DNA of 63,902 nt, filler included, from Lama guanicoe (taxonomy: Eukaryota), in assembly GCA_013239625.1 (NCBI GenBank). It is 142 parts of 142 records of this genome, joined end to end, with 100 filler letters (N's around TTAATTAATTAA, not from the genome) between each part and the next. Parts side by side here need not be neighbours in the genome. Positions count along the whole stretch, not along the records: positions 63,551 to 63,902 come from PNXV01057692.1; 141 more parts are not named here. One strand, written 5' to 3'. Below the pieces are notes generated by a model. It saw nothing but the letters and a program-made list of their open reading frames with translations. It did not search any database and had not been told where the DNA came from. Positions 63,839-63,902 of the stretch are shown one piece after another (position 1 is the first letter of the stretch; the number at the start of each line of letters is the position of its first letter). The position numbers were made by a program, and so were the translations under genes.

Positions 63839-63902
63839 CCAAGGGTTGATAGGAGTTTCCTGAAAAGTGAGACAGGGAAGCATAGCCTGGACAGACAGAG
63901 GC

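Larger units (their letters stand above)
1..63902. other. Artificial pseudo-scaffold: 142 unrelated ~350-bp contigs joined by 100-bp linkers, roughly sorted by length
   Basis: Contigs 1-349, 450-798 and 899-1247 are 349 bp; 5391-5740 is 350; 23391-23741 is 351; 63551-63902 is 352. Repeat identity, strand and GC content change abruptly across gaps. Confidence 0.98.

Overview
This window is not a contiguous locus. It is an artificial concatenation of 142 unrelated contigs of 347-352 bp, joined by 141 identical 100-bp linkers (N44-TTAATTAATTAA-N44), with typical contig length rising from 349 to 352 bp along the window. This is the layout of an 'unplaced contigs' pseudo-scaffold. The contigs are eutherian nuclear DNA dominated by decayed repeats (L1, L2, MIR, MaLR/ERV LTRs, Tigger, hAT-Charlie). 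Four tRNA-derived SINEs of the vic-1 type point to a camelid (inference). No complete gene can be present, and most ORFs in the supplied track are chance frames or run into the linker. Recognisable biology: an old mitochondrial insertion (ND3-tRNA-Arg-ND4L NUMT), a deleted, intron-flanked copy of a CEP162 exon, two pairs of paralogous contigs with identical endpoints, a compact TATA/GC/CCAAT promoter with a DUX-like motif, a 19-bp minisatellite, nested transposon junctions and a few unidentified exon candidates. Family and gene names come from recalled consensus sequences, not database searches, and repeat boundaries inside contigs are approximate. I found no evidence for a novel biological system; the striking CRISPR-like periodicity is an assembly artefact.
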